The notes beneath the pieces are model-generated. The model had not been told where the DNA came from. It saw only the letters and a program-made list of their open reading frames with translations, and did no database searches. A stretch of DNA of 64,000 bases from Malacoraja senta (taxonomy: Eukaryota). The position numbers and the translations under genes were made by a program. The stretch's first letter is position 1. Each line of letters opens with the position of its first letter. Below are positions 26,277 to 39,304 of this stretch, in pieces. Where the stretch lies: positions 7,132,001-7,196,000 of the forward strand of contig CM075993.1 of the NCBI GenBank assembly GCA_038087875.1, given 5' to 3'.

Positions 26277-27613
26277 CAGTGCCCTCCATAATGTTTGGGA
26301 CAAAGACCCATCATTTATTTATTTGCCTCTGTACTCCACAATTTGAGATTTGTAATAAAAAATATCACATATGGTTAAAGTTCACATTGTCAGATTTTAT
26401 TAAAGGGTATTTTTATACATTTTGGTTTCACCATGTAGAGATTACAGCTGTGTTTATACATAGTCCACCCATTTCAGGACACCATAATGTTTGGGACACA
26501 TGGCTTCACAGGCATTTGTAATTGCACAGGTGTGTTTAATTGCCTCCTTAATGCAGGTATAAGAGAGCTCTCAGCACCTAGTCTTTCCTCCAGTTTTTCC
26601 ATCACCCTTGGAAACTTTTATTGCTGTTTATCAACATGAGGACCAAAGTTGTGCCAATGAAAGTCAAATAAACCATTATGAGACTGAGAAACAAGAATAA
26701 AACTGTTAGAGACATCAGCCAAACCTTAGGCTTACCAAAATCAACTGTTTGGAACAGAAGAAGAAAGAGAGCACTGGTGAGCTTACTAATCGCAAAGGGA
26801 CTGGCAGGCCAAAGAAGACCTCCACAGCTGATGACAGAAGAATTCTCTCTATAATAAAGAAAAATCCCCAAACTCCTCATCTGTGAAACACGGTGGAGGG
26901 GGTGTTATGGCCTGGGCATGTATGGTACTGGCTCACTTATCTTCATTGATAATACAACTGCTGATGGTACTAGCATAATGAATTCTGAAGTGTATAGACA
27001 CATCCTATCTGCTCAAGTTCAAACAAATGCCTCAAAACTCATTGGCCGGTGGTTTATTCTACAGCAAGACAATGATCCCAAACATACTGCTAAAGCAACA
27101 AAGGAGTTATTCAAAGCTAAAAAATGGTCAATTCTTGAGTGGCCAAGTCAATCACCCGATTTGAACCCAATTGAGCATGCCTTTTATATGCTGAAGAGAA
27201 AACTGAAGGGGACTAACCCCCAAAACAAGCATAAGCTAAAGATGGCTGCAATACAGGCCTGGCAGAGCATCACCAGAGAAGACACACAGCAACTGGTGAT
27301 GTCCATGAATCGCAGATCAAGCAGTCATTGCATGCAAAGGATATGCAACAAAATACTAAACATGACTACTTTCATTTACATGACATTGCTGTGTCCCAAA
27401 CATAATGGTGCCCTGAAATGGGGGGACTATGTATAAACACTGCTGTAATTTCTACATGGTGAAACCAAAATGTATAAAAATGGCCTTTATTAAAATCTGA
27501 CAATGAGTACTTTAACCAATAGTGATTTTTTAAATTACAAATCTCAAATTGTGGAGAACAGAGGCAAATAAATAAATGATGAGTCTTTGTCCCAAACATT
27601 ATGGAGGGCACTG
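26277..27613 (+). mobile_element. Tc1-like transposon (IR/DR type), internally deleted, defective transposase
   Basis: TA|CAGTGCCCTCC...GGAGGGCACTG|TA; ~220-bp TIRs with internal direct repeat ATAATGTTTGGGACA; ORF remnants QQDNDPKHT and WPSQSPDLNPIE; early stop after ATG 26636 and deletion near 26880. Confidence 0.95.
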
Positions 27614-28629
27614 TAAAAATATTTCAAATAAAAGCAACAGTGAATTGAACAGCCTCTCCTTTACAATCATCTCTACATTGCTATAAATATGTCCTCTACA
27701 AATATTTACGTCGTATGTTCAGCAATTATCCTGTGGCAGTTTTCTCAGTATGTCAGAGGGTGCTCTGTTTTATAAGGCTCAGAACATGTCACCAAATAAA
27801 ACAGAATATTATACTTCTGTAAAATGTCTCCCCTTAATGCTGAGAAGACTAATCATCTCTTCAGTAAATATTTAAGTTGGAAATTATGGGATGGTGGGAT
27901 TGGAGAGAGACTTGAGAAGATGTGGGCCACTATTGATTACAGCTGGCTGAAGAGTTTCTGACTGTCTGCAGCTTTCAGACTTGACTAACACCACTGCAAT
28001 TTTTTTTTTTAAGTTAATGCTTTCAAATAGCAAATTGTTTGTCTAAAGTACTTTGTTAAATCTGCACAATAGCTTTAATTGATTTGGATTTGCTATTAAT
28101 ACATTGATTTCTTCATTCCTCCAATCTCAGCATCTTCTGCTGCTTCCACTTCCCCATGGCGACTCAATAGCATCCTAACCTCAGCAACTCGTTATCCAAC
28201 CCGCTCCATTTCTTTCCTTTTCAGACGTTCCTCGGAATCCATCTTTTTGACCAAGTCTACATCCTGGGCAGTCTACATCCTGGGGGCCTCAACATTGAAT
28301 TCTCCCAATTCTGCTAGCCCTTGCTGTCCCCTCCCCTTCATCAGCCATCTGGTTGTCTCCTCCCCTCCCCCAGCCCTCGGGCTCCTCCTCCGCCTTTGTC
28401 CTTTTTTCCTTTCTTCTCCCCACCCCCTATCAGTCTGAAGAAGGGTTTCGGCCCGAAACGTTACCTATTTCCTTCGCTCCATAGATGCTGCTGCACCCGC
28501 TGAGTTTCTCCAGCATTTTTGTGTACTTTTTGACCAAGTGTTTGATCACAAGTAAAATATCATTGAATCAAATTCTTTGTACGTATCAGTACAGATTATC
28601 CTCGTTAAAACAGACCAATAGGGGAGGAA

Positions 28630-29140
28630 AGGTGCAGGTTTAAACCAAAGGTAAACACAGAAAGGTGGAGTAACTCAGCAGGTTACTCTGGAGAAAAAGC
28701 AATAGGTCACGTTTCAGGTTGAGACCCTTCTTCAGACTGAGAGTCAGGTGAAAGAGAAGCGAGAGATAAAGACGGTGATATGGAGAGATATAGAACAAAT
28801 GAATGAAAGATATGCAAACAAAGTAACAATGATATAGGAAAGAGCCCATTGTTAGCTGTGGGCTAGGTGAAAATGAGTTACAGACAATGAGACGCAACAA
28901 GACGACTTTGAAGCTGGTACGACTTGGGTGGTGGGGGGGAGGGGGGTGGAGAGAGAGGAGATGCAATGGTTAGTTAAAGTTAGAGCAATCAATATTCATT
29001 ACCACTTGATTGTAAGCTGCCCAAGCAAAATATGAGATGCTGTTCCTCCAATTTGCATTTGGCCTCACTGATAATGGAGGAGGGCCCAGGACACAAAGGT
29101 CAGTGTGAATGGGATGGGGATTAAAGTGTTTGGTAACCGG
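28630..29140 (-). mobile_element. Penelope-like 3' fragment with terminal repeat; a + strand fragment lies at ~28255-28525
   Basis: Matches 9000-9480 (GAGGAACAGCATCTCATATTT...; CTGAAGAAGGGTCTCAACCTGAAACGTG on the minus strand). Confidence 0.75.
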
Positions 29141-30638
29141 AGCCGTTGTAACCAAGTAAGGGGGTAAATATGTACAGTATTTTAAAAACTGCCAATAAAC
29201 ATACACAATGACATACTCCATGAGGCACTACAAACAGGAATGGACACAAAATACACAATACTTTAAACATTGTAAATACATTTTTTTAAAGTTACCATGT
29301 TGCAATTTTACTTTGAACTCAGTGGAACTCAGTTCCCGATATGAACAACACCCCGGTTACAACAGATTTTGTTCGCTATAACCAAATCCTTATTAAAGAG
29401 GGTAGGCTATATTTATATCTGGTTAACTATATTTCTGGAAGGACCTTGGAAAGTTTTTCTATGGTCAAGTAAGTAAATTTAAGTTATTGAACAATTTTGA
29501 TAATCGAAAATGCATTCTAATATCTCAGTTTTCTAAATACAGTGGATGGTTTTGCAGAGCACTGTGCTGGTTTTCCCAGTTGTCACATTCCGAGCAATTC
29601 CAATTACCCTACTTTTCGGAACAAGATATTGAACGAAGTCATGAAGAAATACCTGTGATTGATTCTACATCAACTGCGATGGTAGGTTTTTCTGCACTCT
29701 GTATTCGCTAGACATTATTTTTATTTCTAAATAAAATGGACGTTTCATGGAAGGCAGATGGAGTACTGCAGAAATTTAGCCAACATATGCTGAGAGAATG
29801 GAGCAGCTGGGCTTGTACACCCTGGAGTTTAGAATGATGAGAGGGGATCTCATTGAAACATATAAGATTGTTACGGGTTTGGACACACTAGAGGCAGGAA
29901 ACATGTTCCCGATGTTGGGGGAGTCCAGAACCAGGGGCCATAGTTTAAGAATAAGGGGTAAGCCATTTAGAATGGAGATGAGGAAACACTTTTTCTCACA
30001 GAGAGTGGTGAGTCTGTGGAATTCTCTGCCTCAGAGGGCAGTGGAGGCAGGTTCTCTGGATACTTGCAAGAGCGAGCTAGATAGGGCTCTTAAAAATAGC
30101 GGAGTCAGGGGATATGGGGAGTAGGCAGGAACGGGGTACTGATTGGGGATGATCAGCCATGATCACATTGAATGGTGATGCTGGCTCAAATGGCCTGCAC
30201 CTATTGTCTAACAGTATTCAATGAAGGAACCAGTCAGAAGGTAACAGGGGTGACACAGTTGTGCAGCTGGTAGAGCTGCTGTCTCACAGCGCCAGAGACC
30301 CGAGTTCGATCCTGACTAAGGGGGCTGTCTGTGCAGAGTTTGCACGTTCTCCCTGTGACCGCGTGTGTTTACTCCGGGCGCTCGGGTTTCCTCCCACATC
30401 CCAAAGACGTGCGGGTTTGTAGGTTAATTGGCCCTCTGAAAATTGCCCCTATTGTGTTGGGAATGGATGAGAAAGTGGGATAACATAGAACTAGTGTGAG
30501 CGGGTGATCGATGGTCAACATGCACTCGGTGAGCCAAAGGGCTTGTTTCCATGCTGTATTTTTCAATCGATCAGGTGAGCTGCAGAGATACACTGCAATG
30601 CGGGTGTCATTTGAATCCAGTATTGAATGTATTGTCTG

Positions 30639-30746
30639 TATCAGTAAAATGATCCCTTTTAGGCCCAGTTTTAAGTCCACACCCATATTGAAGAGCTCAA
30701 GGCATAGCTTGTCAAACTTGTCTCGAGTAAGCTTGTTCAAAATGCC
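30639..30746 (-). pseudogene. Isolated eIF4G2 (DAP5/NAT1) MIF4G-domain coding fragment
   Basis: Translates GILNKLTRDKFDKLCLELFNMGVDLKLGLKGIILLI, versus recalled eIF4G2 GILNKLTPEKFDKLCLELLNVGVESKLILKGVILLI. No AG/GT flanks; lies between direct repeats 30603-30632 and 30758-30787. Confidence 0.85.
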
Positions 30747-32101
30747 ATTTAGTTAATGGTGTCATTTGAATCCAGTATTGCATGTATACAGGTCTGCTCA
30801 TTTAAATACAGCTGATTATTTTCACAGTCAATGGATTAAAATCCAATTTACATATTGTATGAATATTTCATCTCTGCAGATTATATAAAATCAGGAGGTC
30901 ATGCCCCCTTGGTTGATAAGTTATGACCGACCCATTATAAATCTACTCTGAAGGCCACACTTGAATTATATACCCACGATACAATTGTCATTTGATCAGT
31001 ATATGTCAGTTTCAAGAATGGACGTCTATATCCTGGTTGCTAGCATTATAAAGAATTAGTGATCCATGCAGACCTGACCACAGAATAAAATGTTCCTCGT
31101 TTATCAGGTTCTTGATACTTTATACCTATTGGCAACAAACAATCTGCCAAACTTCACATCACAGGAGCAGCAGATTTTATCGATTAAACGCCTTTTATTC
31201 AATGATGAGCAATTTCTAATCTTGATGGCTTTGATTGAAGTGTCCTCTGACTTACAAATTGGTTAATTCTTCCAAAAATTATATCTGTCCATATCTTTGG
31301 GAATGGCACATAATACGTGCAGCGTTAGAGTTACTGCCTTACAGTGCCAGACACCCAGGTTCAAGAGTCAAGAGTGTTTTATTGCCATATGTCCCAGATA
31401 GAACAATGAAATTCTTACTTGCTGCAGCACAGCAGAATATGTAATCATAATAACTAATATAACAAAACTAAAAAAAAACCAATAACAGTGCAATAATAAT
31501 AATAATAATAATAGTCTATTGTAGTTCATAGCTTATGAGGTTGTAGTGTTTAATAGCCTGATGGCTGTAGGGAAGAAGCTGTTCCTGAACCTGGACGTTA
31601 CAGTTCTCAGGCTCCTGTACCTTCTTCCAGATGGCAGTGGTGAGATGAGTGTGTGGCCAGGATGGTGTGGGTCTCTGATGATGTTAGCTGTCTTTTTGAG
31701 GCAGCAACTCCGACAGATCCCTTCGATGGTGGGGAGGTCAGAGCCGGTGATGGACTGGGCAGTGTTCACAACTTTCTGCATTCTTTTCCTCTCCTGGACG
31801 TTCAAGTTGCCGAACCAGGCAATGATGCAACCAGTCAATATGCTCTCTACTGTGCACGTCTAGATGTTCAAGAGAATCCTTTTTGACATACCAAATCTCC
31901 GTAATCTCAGGAAGTAGAGGCGCTGATGTGCTTTCTTTATAATTGCATCAGTGTGCTGGGTCCAGGAAAGATCGTCGGAAATATGCACGCCCAGGAATTT
32001 GAAGTTTTTGACTCCACTATCGTCCCATTGATGTAAACAGGATTGTGTGTCCTCAACCTTCCTCTTCCAAAGTCCACAATCAGTTCTTTGGTTTTGCTGA
32101 T

Positions 32102-32104
<3 letters not shown>

Positions 32105-32168
<64 letters not shown>
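32105..32168. repeat. Compound (GA)n(CA)n microsatellite
   Basis: Directly visible. Confidence 0.95.
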
Positions 32169-32170
<2 letters not shown>

Positions 32171-34083
32171 CATTCCACATGTGCTCTGATGACAAGAGAC
32201 AGCGCCCCCACATGGTCCAGGACTTTCTTACCACTCGAAAAAAAATGAATGACACAGAGAGAGTGTCGGTGTGGTCACTGCCGAACTTGACGTCATCCCT
32301 GGTGTCACAAATAGAAATGATAATAAAACTTGGTCAAGTGCCGAGAGCGAGAGAGAGAGAGAGCGAGAGACAGGACAGCAGACAGAAACGGAGGTTTTAC
32401 AGAGGGAATGCCCGGGAACTGGTCTGGCTGCCAAGGAATATTAGAGATATACAAGAGGGGAGAACTGGATGCGCAGAGATCTAAATTGAAGCTTATTTCT
32501 TTGCAAGCTAGTTCTGACATCTGATGTTATCAGCACTTATTATAATTTTTCACCTAAAGGAAAAATGTACTAGTTTTTGCTTCTTATTGTCGTGTACCAA
32601 GATGCAGTGGAAAAACTTGATTATGTTTCCTATCCAAACAAAACATGCCGTACTTGAGTACAATCAAACCTTACATAGGTACAACGTACAGTGGGAAAGG
32701 GAAAGGAACTGAGGACAGATTATACCGTTAAAGCTACAGAGCACGTGCCGACAAAAAAAAGTGCAAGGGCCACAATGAGGTAGGTTGGGAGATCGGGAAT
32801 ATATCTGCAGCATATGAAAGATGTGTTCAAGAGTCTGATTACACAGCAGGGAAGAAGCTGCCTTTACCAATATCATTTACTTATTTGGAAAAGCAGGATC
32901 CCTTGTGCAATGTAATCACCAGTACTTTAAAGCCTCTTTAGAAATAATTCTAGGAAGCTTCTACATCCACTGAGAGATCAAAAATGAAATCTCAGTGCAG
33001 CATCTCATTCTCTAACAATGCAGGACTAACCACAGCTGTGATGTATCTCCTTGCATTATGTGCTCAGGACTTGGAATGGCACTTGAATCCGCGTTATTCT
33101 AAGTGAGAGTAACAGCTCTGAGCCAAATCTGAAACACAGATTTGTCTACCACAGTGATGGTACAATGGTAGATTCAAATTGCTGGAGTAACTCAGCGGGA
33201 AAGGCAGCATCTCTGGATAGAAGGAATGGGTGACGTTTCAGGTTGGGACCCTTCTTCGGACCCTGGTACAATAGTTCTTTATTATCACACACACCGAGGC
33301 AAGGCGAAACTTTCTTTGCATACAGTTCAGTAAATTATTACTATGCATAAGAACAATCCCATATTAAGTTTTTTAAAAAGTGTATAGAAACAGTCCACTG
33401 CGACCATGTGCATGAAACAGAAAACAGGTGCAGGAGTCGGCCCTTCGAACCAGCACCGCCATTCACTATGATCATGGCTGATCATCCTAAATCAGTACCC
33501 CGTTCCTGCTTTTCCCCCCACATCCCTTGCCCTTTGTTCTTGCATCCACTGATGCCATCTTGACACTCTCCACCCTCCTCTCTGGTCCGCGGGGCCTTGC
33601 AAAAACTTGCAGGGTCTGAAGAAGGGTCTCGTCCCGAAAAGGTCACCCATTCCTTCTCTCCAGTGGTGCTGCCTGTCCCGCTGAGTTACTGCAGCATTTT
33701 GTGTCTGTCTTTGCAGCTTCCCTCTTCAGGCTCTGTCATATTTCAACTGTCGTGGGACTGCAGTCAAAAGCTGAACCATGTTCTGGGAAAACCAGTGCCA
33801 TTTGGCACTGCGGAGGGACAATTAGACGAGAGTTGTGCTGACAGTGTATGTAAGGTCATATAAAAATGGTCATTTCAAACAGCTGTAACATAAATGTGTC
33901 TGCTGCTGCCCTCTAGGATGCAAGCAGTGTATGACAGAAGAAATGAAAGAGGGTACCTGAGAAAAAGACATGGGTTGAGAGGAATATGGATCAAATGGGA
34001 CTAGCTTAGATGGGGCATCTTGGACCGCATGGCTGACGTACCTGTTTCCATGCTGAATAACTATGAAAGGAGACACAAGGAAC

Positions 34084-34636
34084 TATGTTTAAGAAGGAAC
34101 TGCAGATGCTGTAAAATCGAAGGTAGACAAAAATGCTGGAGAAACTCAGCGGGTGAGGCAGCATCTATGGAGCGAAGGAAATAGGCAACGTTTCGGATCA
34201 AAACCCTTCCTCAGACTGATGTGAGGGTGGGGGTGGGGGGGGGGGGGTGGGAGGAAGAAAGGAAGAGGTGGAGCCAGAGGGCTGAGGGAGAGCTGAGAAG
34301 GGGAGGAGAAAGTAAGGACTACCTGAAATTAGAGAAGTCAATGTTCATACCGCTGGGGTGCAAACTGCCCAAGCGAAATATGAGATGCTGCTCCTCCAAT
34401 TTACGGTGGTCCACACTCTGGCTATGGAGGAGGCCCAGGACAGAAAGGTCGGATTCGGAATGGGAGGGGGAGTTGAAGTGCTGAGCCACCGGGAGATCAG
34501 GTTGGTTAATGCGGACCGAGCGGAGGTGTTGGGCGATGCGATCGCCAAGCCTATGCTTGGTCTCACCGATGTAGAGCAACTGACATCTAGAGCACCGGAT
34601 GCAATAGATGAGGTTGGAGGAGGTGCAGGTGAACCT
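34084..34636 (-). mobile_element. Penelope-like element 3' fragment (GIY-YIG plus terminal repeat)
   Basis: Encodes RFTCTSSNLIYCIRCSRCQLLYIGETKHRLGDRIAQH...LHPSGMNIDF; flanked by CACAAGGAAC at 34074 and 34637. Confidence 0.85.
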
Positions 34637-34646
34637 CACAAGGAAC

Positions 34647-35022
34647 CCATCATCATCATCATCATCGGTGGTCACTCGAAACGAGTATGACTGTCCTCTT
34701 TTGGGAGGACTCCTGTGTGTGAGGAGACTGGTGCACAGACAGCCACCCCACGGTCCTTGACAGATCTGGGTCAGGATCCAGTGGCATGGAGTCTAAGACG
34801 ACCGGAGACCCTTTTCTGCTGCAGCCTTCATCCGCCTTCCCAGCCGTTGTGACGCTTCACTAAAGTCAGCCATCATCCTCCGCCTGTTCCACCGTTGAGG
34901 TCTTAGTTGGATTGCTCTATGTCAGAGACCTCCCCCTCGACCTTACCGGCATAGCTCCAGACGGCATCGCTCTCAGGATCTCCGGACCACACAAGTTTCT
35001 CCACCACGACAAGGTGATAATC
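34647..35022 (-). mobile_element. Short non-autonomous RTE-like retroelement with (GAT)n tail and 10-bp TSD
   Basis: (CAT)n on the + strand at 34648-34667; 5' end CACCTTGTCGTGGTGGAG resembles RTE-clade 5' UTRs (recalled); CACAAGGAAC at 34637 and 35023. Confidence 0.7.
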
Positions 35023-37085
35023 CACAAGGAACTGCTGATAACATCAGATGTCAGAACTAGCTTGCAAAGAAGAAAGCCTCTGGAAGAGTATCGCAAATTC
35101 CATCAGTTACATCTTCTTAAGTTTATACAGTAAGATAGTGGCTGATCTAATCTTAAACTCATTATCAGATTCCCCCTCTCACCTGATATCTTTTGACTTC
35201 CTCGTAGTGTTCCTTATAGAAACATATACAATTCTTAAGGGATTGGACAGGCTAGATGCGGGAAATGTTTCAATTTGCTACCATTCACCCTTTGATAATT
35301 AAGATGATACATCGTTCTCTTAGAGTCTTTTTTTCCTCACTAAAAATATATAGTTAAGATTTATGAACTAAATCTCTGCCTCTACTGATCTCCGCTCACC
35401 CATTCCTTGGTCTATTTTAGCCAATTATCCTCATTCCAGTGTCATTTCCTTTGAGTTTAGTGTGGCAGCTTCTACCCCAAGATTCTCACCTGAATTTAAA
35501 ATCTGCTGACAGAGGTAAAGGTGACCCTCGTTCACCAAGTTAATGACACTGTACAATAACTCAACACACTTTGTACTGGCGATTTCTGTCAGTCTGCATT
35601 ACCCTGGGACCACCCTCATGTATTCACCCAATACTTACAAACCATCTTCATGGTGATGGTATGTTCATGTTATAGGAGCAGAATTAGGCCATTCAGCCCA
35701 TCGAGTCTACTCCACCATTCAATCATGGCTGATCTATCTATCCATCTCAACCCCATTCTCCTGTCTTCTCCTCATAACCTTTGAAAACCCTTGCTAATGA
35801 AGACTCTATCAGTCTTCGCTTTAAAAATACCCAATGACTTGGCCTCCCCAGCCGTCTGTGGCAATGAATTCCACAGATTCACCATCCTCTGACTAAAGAG
35901 ATTCCTCCTCATCTCCTTTAAAAACGTACATCCTTTTATTCTGAGGCTGCGCCCTCTGGTCTTGGACTCTCCCACTAGTGGAAGCATCCACTCTATCCAG
36001 GTCTTTCACTAGTCGGTAAGTTTCAATTAGGTCCCCCCTCAACCTTCTGCACTCCAGCGAGTACAGGTCAAACGTTCATTACACATTAACCCGATCAACT
36101 CCGGGATCTTTCTCGTAAACCACCTCTGGACCCTCTCCAACGCCATAACATCCTTCCTCGGATATGGGGCCCAAAACTGCTCACAATACTTCAAATGCGG
36201 TCTGGCCGGCGTCTTATAAAACCTCAGCATTATATCCCTGTCTTTATATTCTAGCCCCCGAAAAACCCCGCTAACATTTCATTTACCTTCCTTACTACCG
36301 ATTCAACTTGCAAATCTCTCTCTCTCTTCCTCCTGTGAGCCCTGCTGCTGTGGAGGTTATGCTCATGGGTTTGTTGTGTGGCACAATAGGCAGCAGACTT
36401 AGTGAACTGGAAAACCCTGTTGGGTGAACACTGGAGGATGTACACAAGGTGATGCTCACAGCAGCGAGATCAGTTGTAATTTCTACTAAGCGTTTGAGCT
36501 TGGGTACAATGTACATTTTAGAAGGATGAGAGGTGATCTCATTGAAACATATAAGATTGTTAAGGGCTTGGACACACTAGAGGCAGGAGACATGTTCCCG
36601 ATGTTGGGGGAGTCCAGAACCAGGGGCCACAGTTTAAGAATAAGGAGTAAGCCATTTAGAACGGAGACGAGGAAACACTTTTTCTCACAGAGAGTGGTGA
36701 GTCTGTGGAATTCTCTGCCACAGAGGGCGGTGGAGGCAGGTTCTCCGGATGCTTTCAAGAGAGGGCTAGACAGGGCTCTTAAAAATAGCAGAGTCGGGAT
36801 ATGGGGAGAAGGCAGGAACAGGGTACTGATTGGGGATGATCAGCCATGATCACATTGAATGGCGGTGCTGGCTCGAAGGGCCGAATGGCCTACTCCTGCA
36901 CCTATTGTCCATTGTCTATTGTCTGTTGTCATTATGGATTGTAGAAATAAGATACTGCAGATGCTGTTTTACCAAGGAAAGACGCAAAGTGCTGGAGTAA
37001 CTCAGCGGGTCAGGCAGCATCTCTGGAGAACATGGATAGGTGATGTTTCGGGTCGGGACTGAAGAAGGCTCCTGATCCAAAATGT

Positions 37086-37228
37086 GGATGGGAAGATTGC
37101 AACCTTCACGTGATCCGCCCTGTTTCAATGAATGCAATCAACCCGGCGTGCACAATCAAATAAGATCAAATAGAATAAGTTGTCCTACAACTTTAGGCTG
37201 TGCACGCCATACGCAAGAAGAAGAAGAG
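37086..37228 (+). mobile_element. ~140-bp retroelement with (AAG)n tail, copy 1
   Basis: TSD CCAAAATGT at 37077-37085 and 37229-37237; homologous to 42208-42346. Confidence 0.85.
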
Positions 37229-39089
37229 CCAAAATGTCACCTGTCCATGGTCTCCAGAGATGCTGACTGACCTGCTGAGTTACTCCAGCATTTTGTGTCT
37301 TTTTGTCATTATGGATTAGTTGTATAATCCATAGTGTTGTATAGGTAGAAAGCTGGAGGCACTGAATGCATGGAAATGCAACATAATTTAATGGCGGCGG
37401 TCAAGATATTATGATCAGGGAGATAATTACACAAGGAAAGACTGAACTGCAGGGTGTTTAGGCATCATGGGGATAGGGACCCACAGTCCCGTTTATATCA
37501 ACGGGTCGATGGTGGAAAGGGTCAAGAGCTTCAAATTCCTGGGCGTGCATATTTCCGAAGATCTCCTGGTCCAAGAACACTGATGCAATTATAAAGAAAG
37601 CACATCAGCGCCTCTACTTCCTGAGAAGATTACGGAGAGTCGGTATGTCAAGGAGGACTCTCTCGAACTTCTACAGGTGCACAGTAGAGAGCATGCTGAC
37701 CGGTTGCATCGTGGCTTGGTTCGGCAACCTGTGCGCACAGGAGCGGAAAAGACTGCAAAAAGTTGTAAACACTACCCAGTCCATCATCGGCTCTGACCTC
37801 CCTACCATCGAGGGGATCTATCGCAGTCGCTGCCTCAAAAAGGCTGGCAGCATCATCAAGGACCCACACCATCCTGGCCACACACTCATCTCTCCGCTGC
37901 CTTCAGGTAGAAGGTACAGGAGCCTGAAATCTGCAACAACCAGGTTCAGGAATAGCTACTTCCCCACAGCCATCAGGCTATTAAACTCAACTCAAACAAA
38001 ATCTGAACTTTAATTAGCCCATTGCACTTTATCTGATTATTTATGTGTGTATATATATACAGTATATTCAATGGTATATGGACACACTAATCTGATCTGT
38101 ATTTATGCCTACTATACTCTGTTGTGCTGAAGCAAAGCAAGAATTTCATTGTCCTATCTGGGACACATGACAATAAACTCTCTTGAATCTTGAATCTCAT
38201 TCATCAATGCCTCATCACGTTTTCGTTAGCAAAGCCCAGAAAGCTGATAGGAACATTATGTTCCTTTATGTTCCAGTCTGAAGAAGGGACTCGCCTTGAA
38301 ACGTCACCCATTCCTTCTCTCCAGAGATGCTGCCTGTCCCGCTGAGTTAGTCCAGCATTTTGTGTCCATCTTCGGTGTAAACCAGCATCTGCAGTTCCTT
38401 CCTACACAGTTATAAAGCTCTCCCTGTTTTACGGGCAGAGCTGCCCCCATTCCATGTCGGCCTTGCCAATGCTCTGCACCTTATTGCTACATCTCGGAGG
38501 ACTTCAAACCAGCAAGAGGAATAGATCGGGTAGATGCACAGAGTCTCTTGCCCAGAGTAGTAGAATCGAGGACAAGAGGACATAGGTTTAAGGTGAAGGG
38601 GAAAAGATTTAATAGGAATCTGAGGGATAACTTTTTCCACACAAAGGGTGGTGGGTGTATGGAACAAGCTGCCAGAGAGGGTAGTTGAGGCAGGGACTAT
38701 CACACCATTTAAGAAACAATTAGGCCTGTTCATGGATAGGACAGGTTTGCAGGGATATGGACCAAACGCGGCCAGGTGGGACCTTGAGAAGGTAAAGAGC
38801 AAATGGAAAACCAAGGCAACCATTAAGGCCCAGTGCTGAAACAACTTGCTCTTTACTGCTTGACTGACTGCCTTCCTGAGGGAACAGAATATGTGCTGCT
38901 TGCCTTGTGTCTGTTCTGTTGTGTTCCTCTGCAGTAATTCGCTAACAGTTATTTCTTTATCAACAATAAAACTGCTTGGCCTTGGGGATGCTTAAAATCC
39001 CACACAGATTGCGTGCGTTGCCGCGAGTTCTGTAATTGCAACGTTCAGCTGCAGGGTAGAGAAGTTGAAATTAGCCGCAGGGACTAGAT

Positions 39090-39304
39090 CAGCAGTTCCC
39101 AACATTTTGCGCCCTGTTTACCTCTGGCAACTTTAATAGCACGTAACAATGTTATTTCACTTATTTATGAACAACTAATGATGAACAGATACGAGTATAC
39201 CAGAACCAAACACAGTCGGTCAATGAGAAAAAATATGTACAAATCCAGAATCAACAAATTTACCCCCTGGGTAGGCAAAATTTACCCCAGGTTGGGAACC
39301 CTTG
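39090..39304. mobile_element. hAT (Charlie-like) MITE
   Basis: Imperfect TIR CAGCAGTTCCCAAC / GTTGGGAACCCTTG; 8-bp TSD GACTAGAT/GACTAGAG with central CTAG. Confidence 0.8.

Noticed and set aside
30369..30740. 123-aa minus-strand ORF as a functional eIF4G2 gene or exon
   Set aside because: Only ~36 codons are eIF4G2-like; the rest runs into a SINE. No splice sites and no other eIF4G2 exons were seen.
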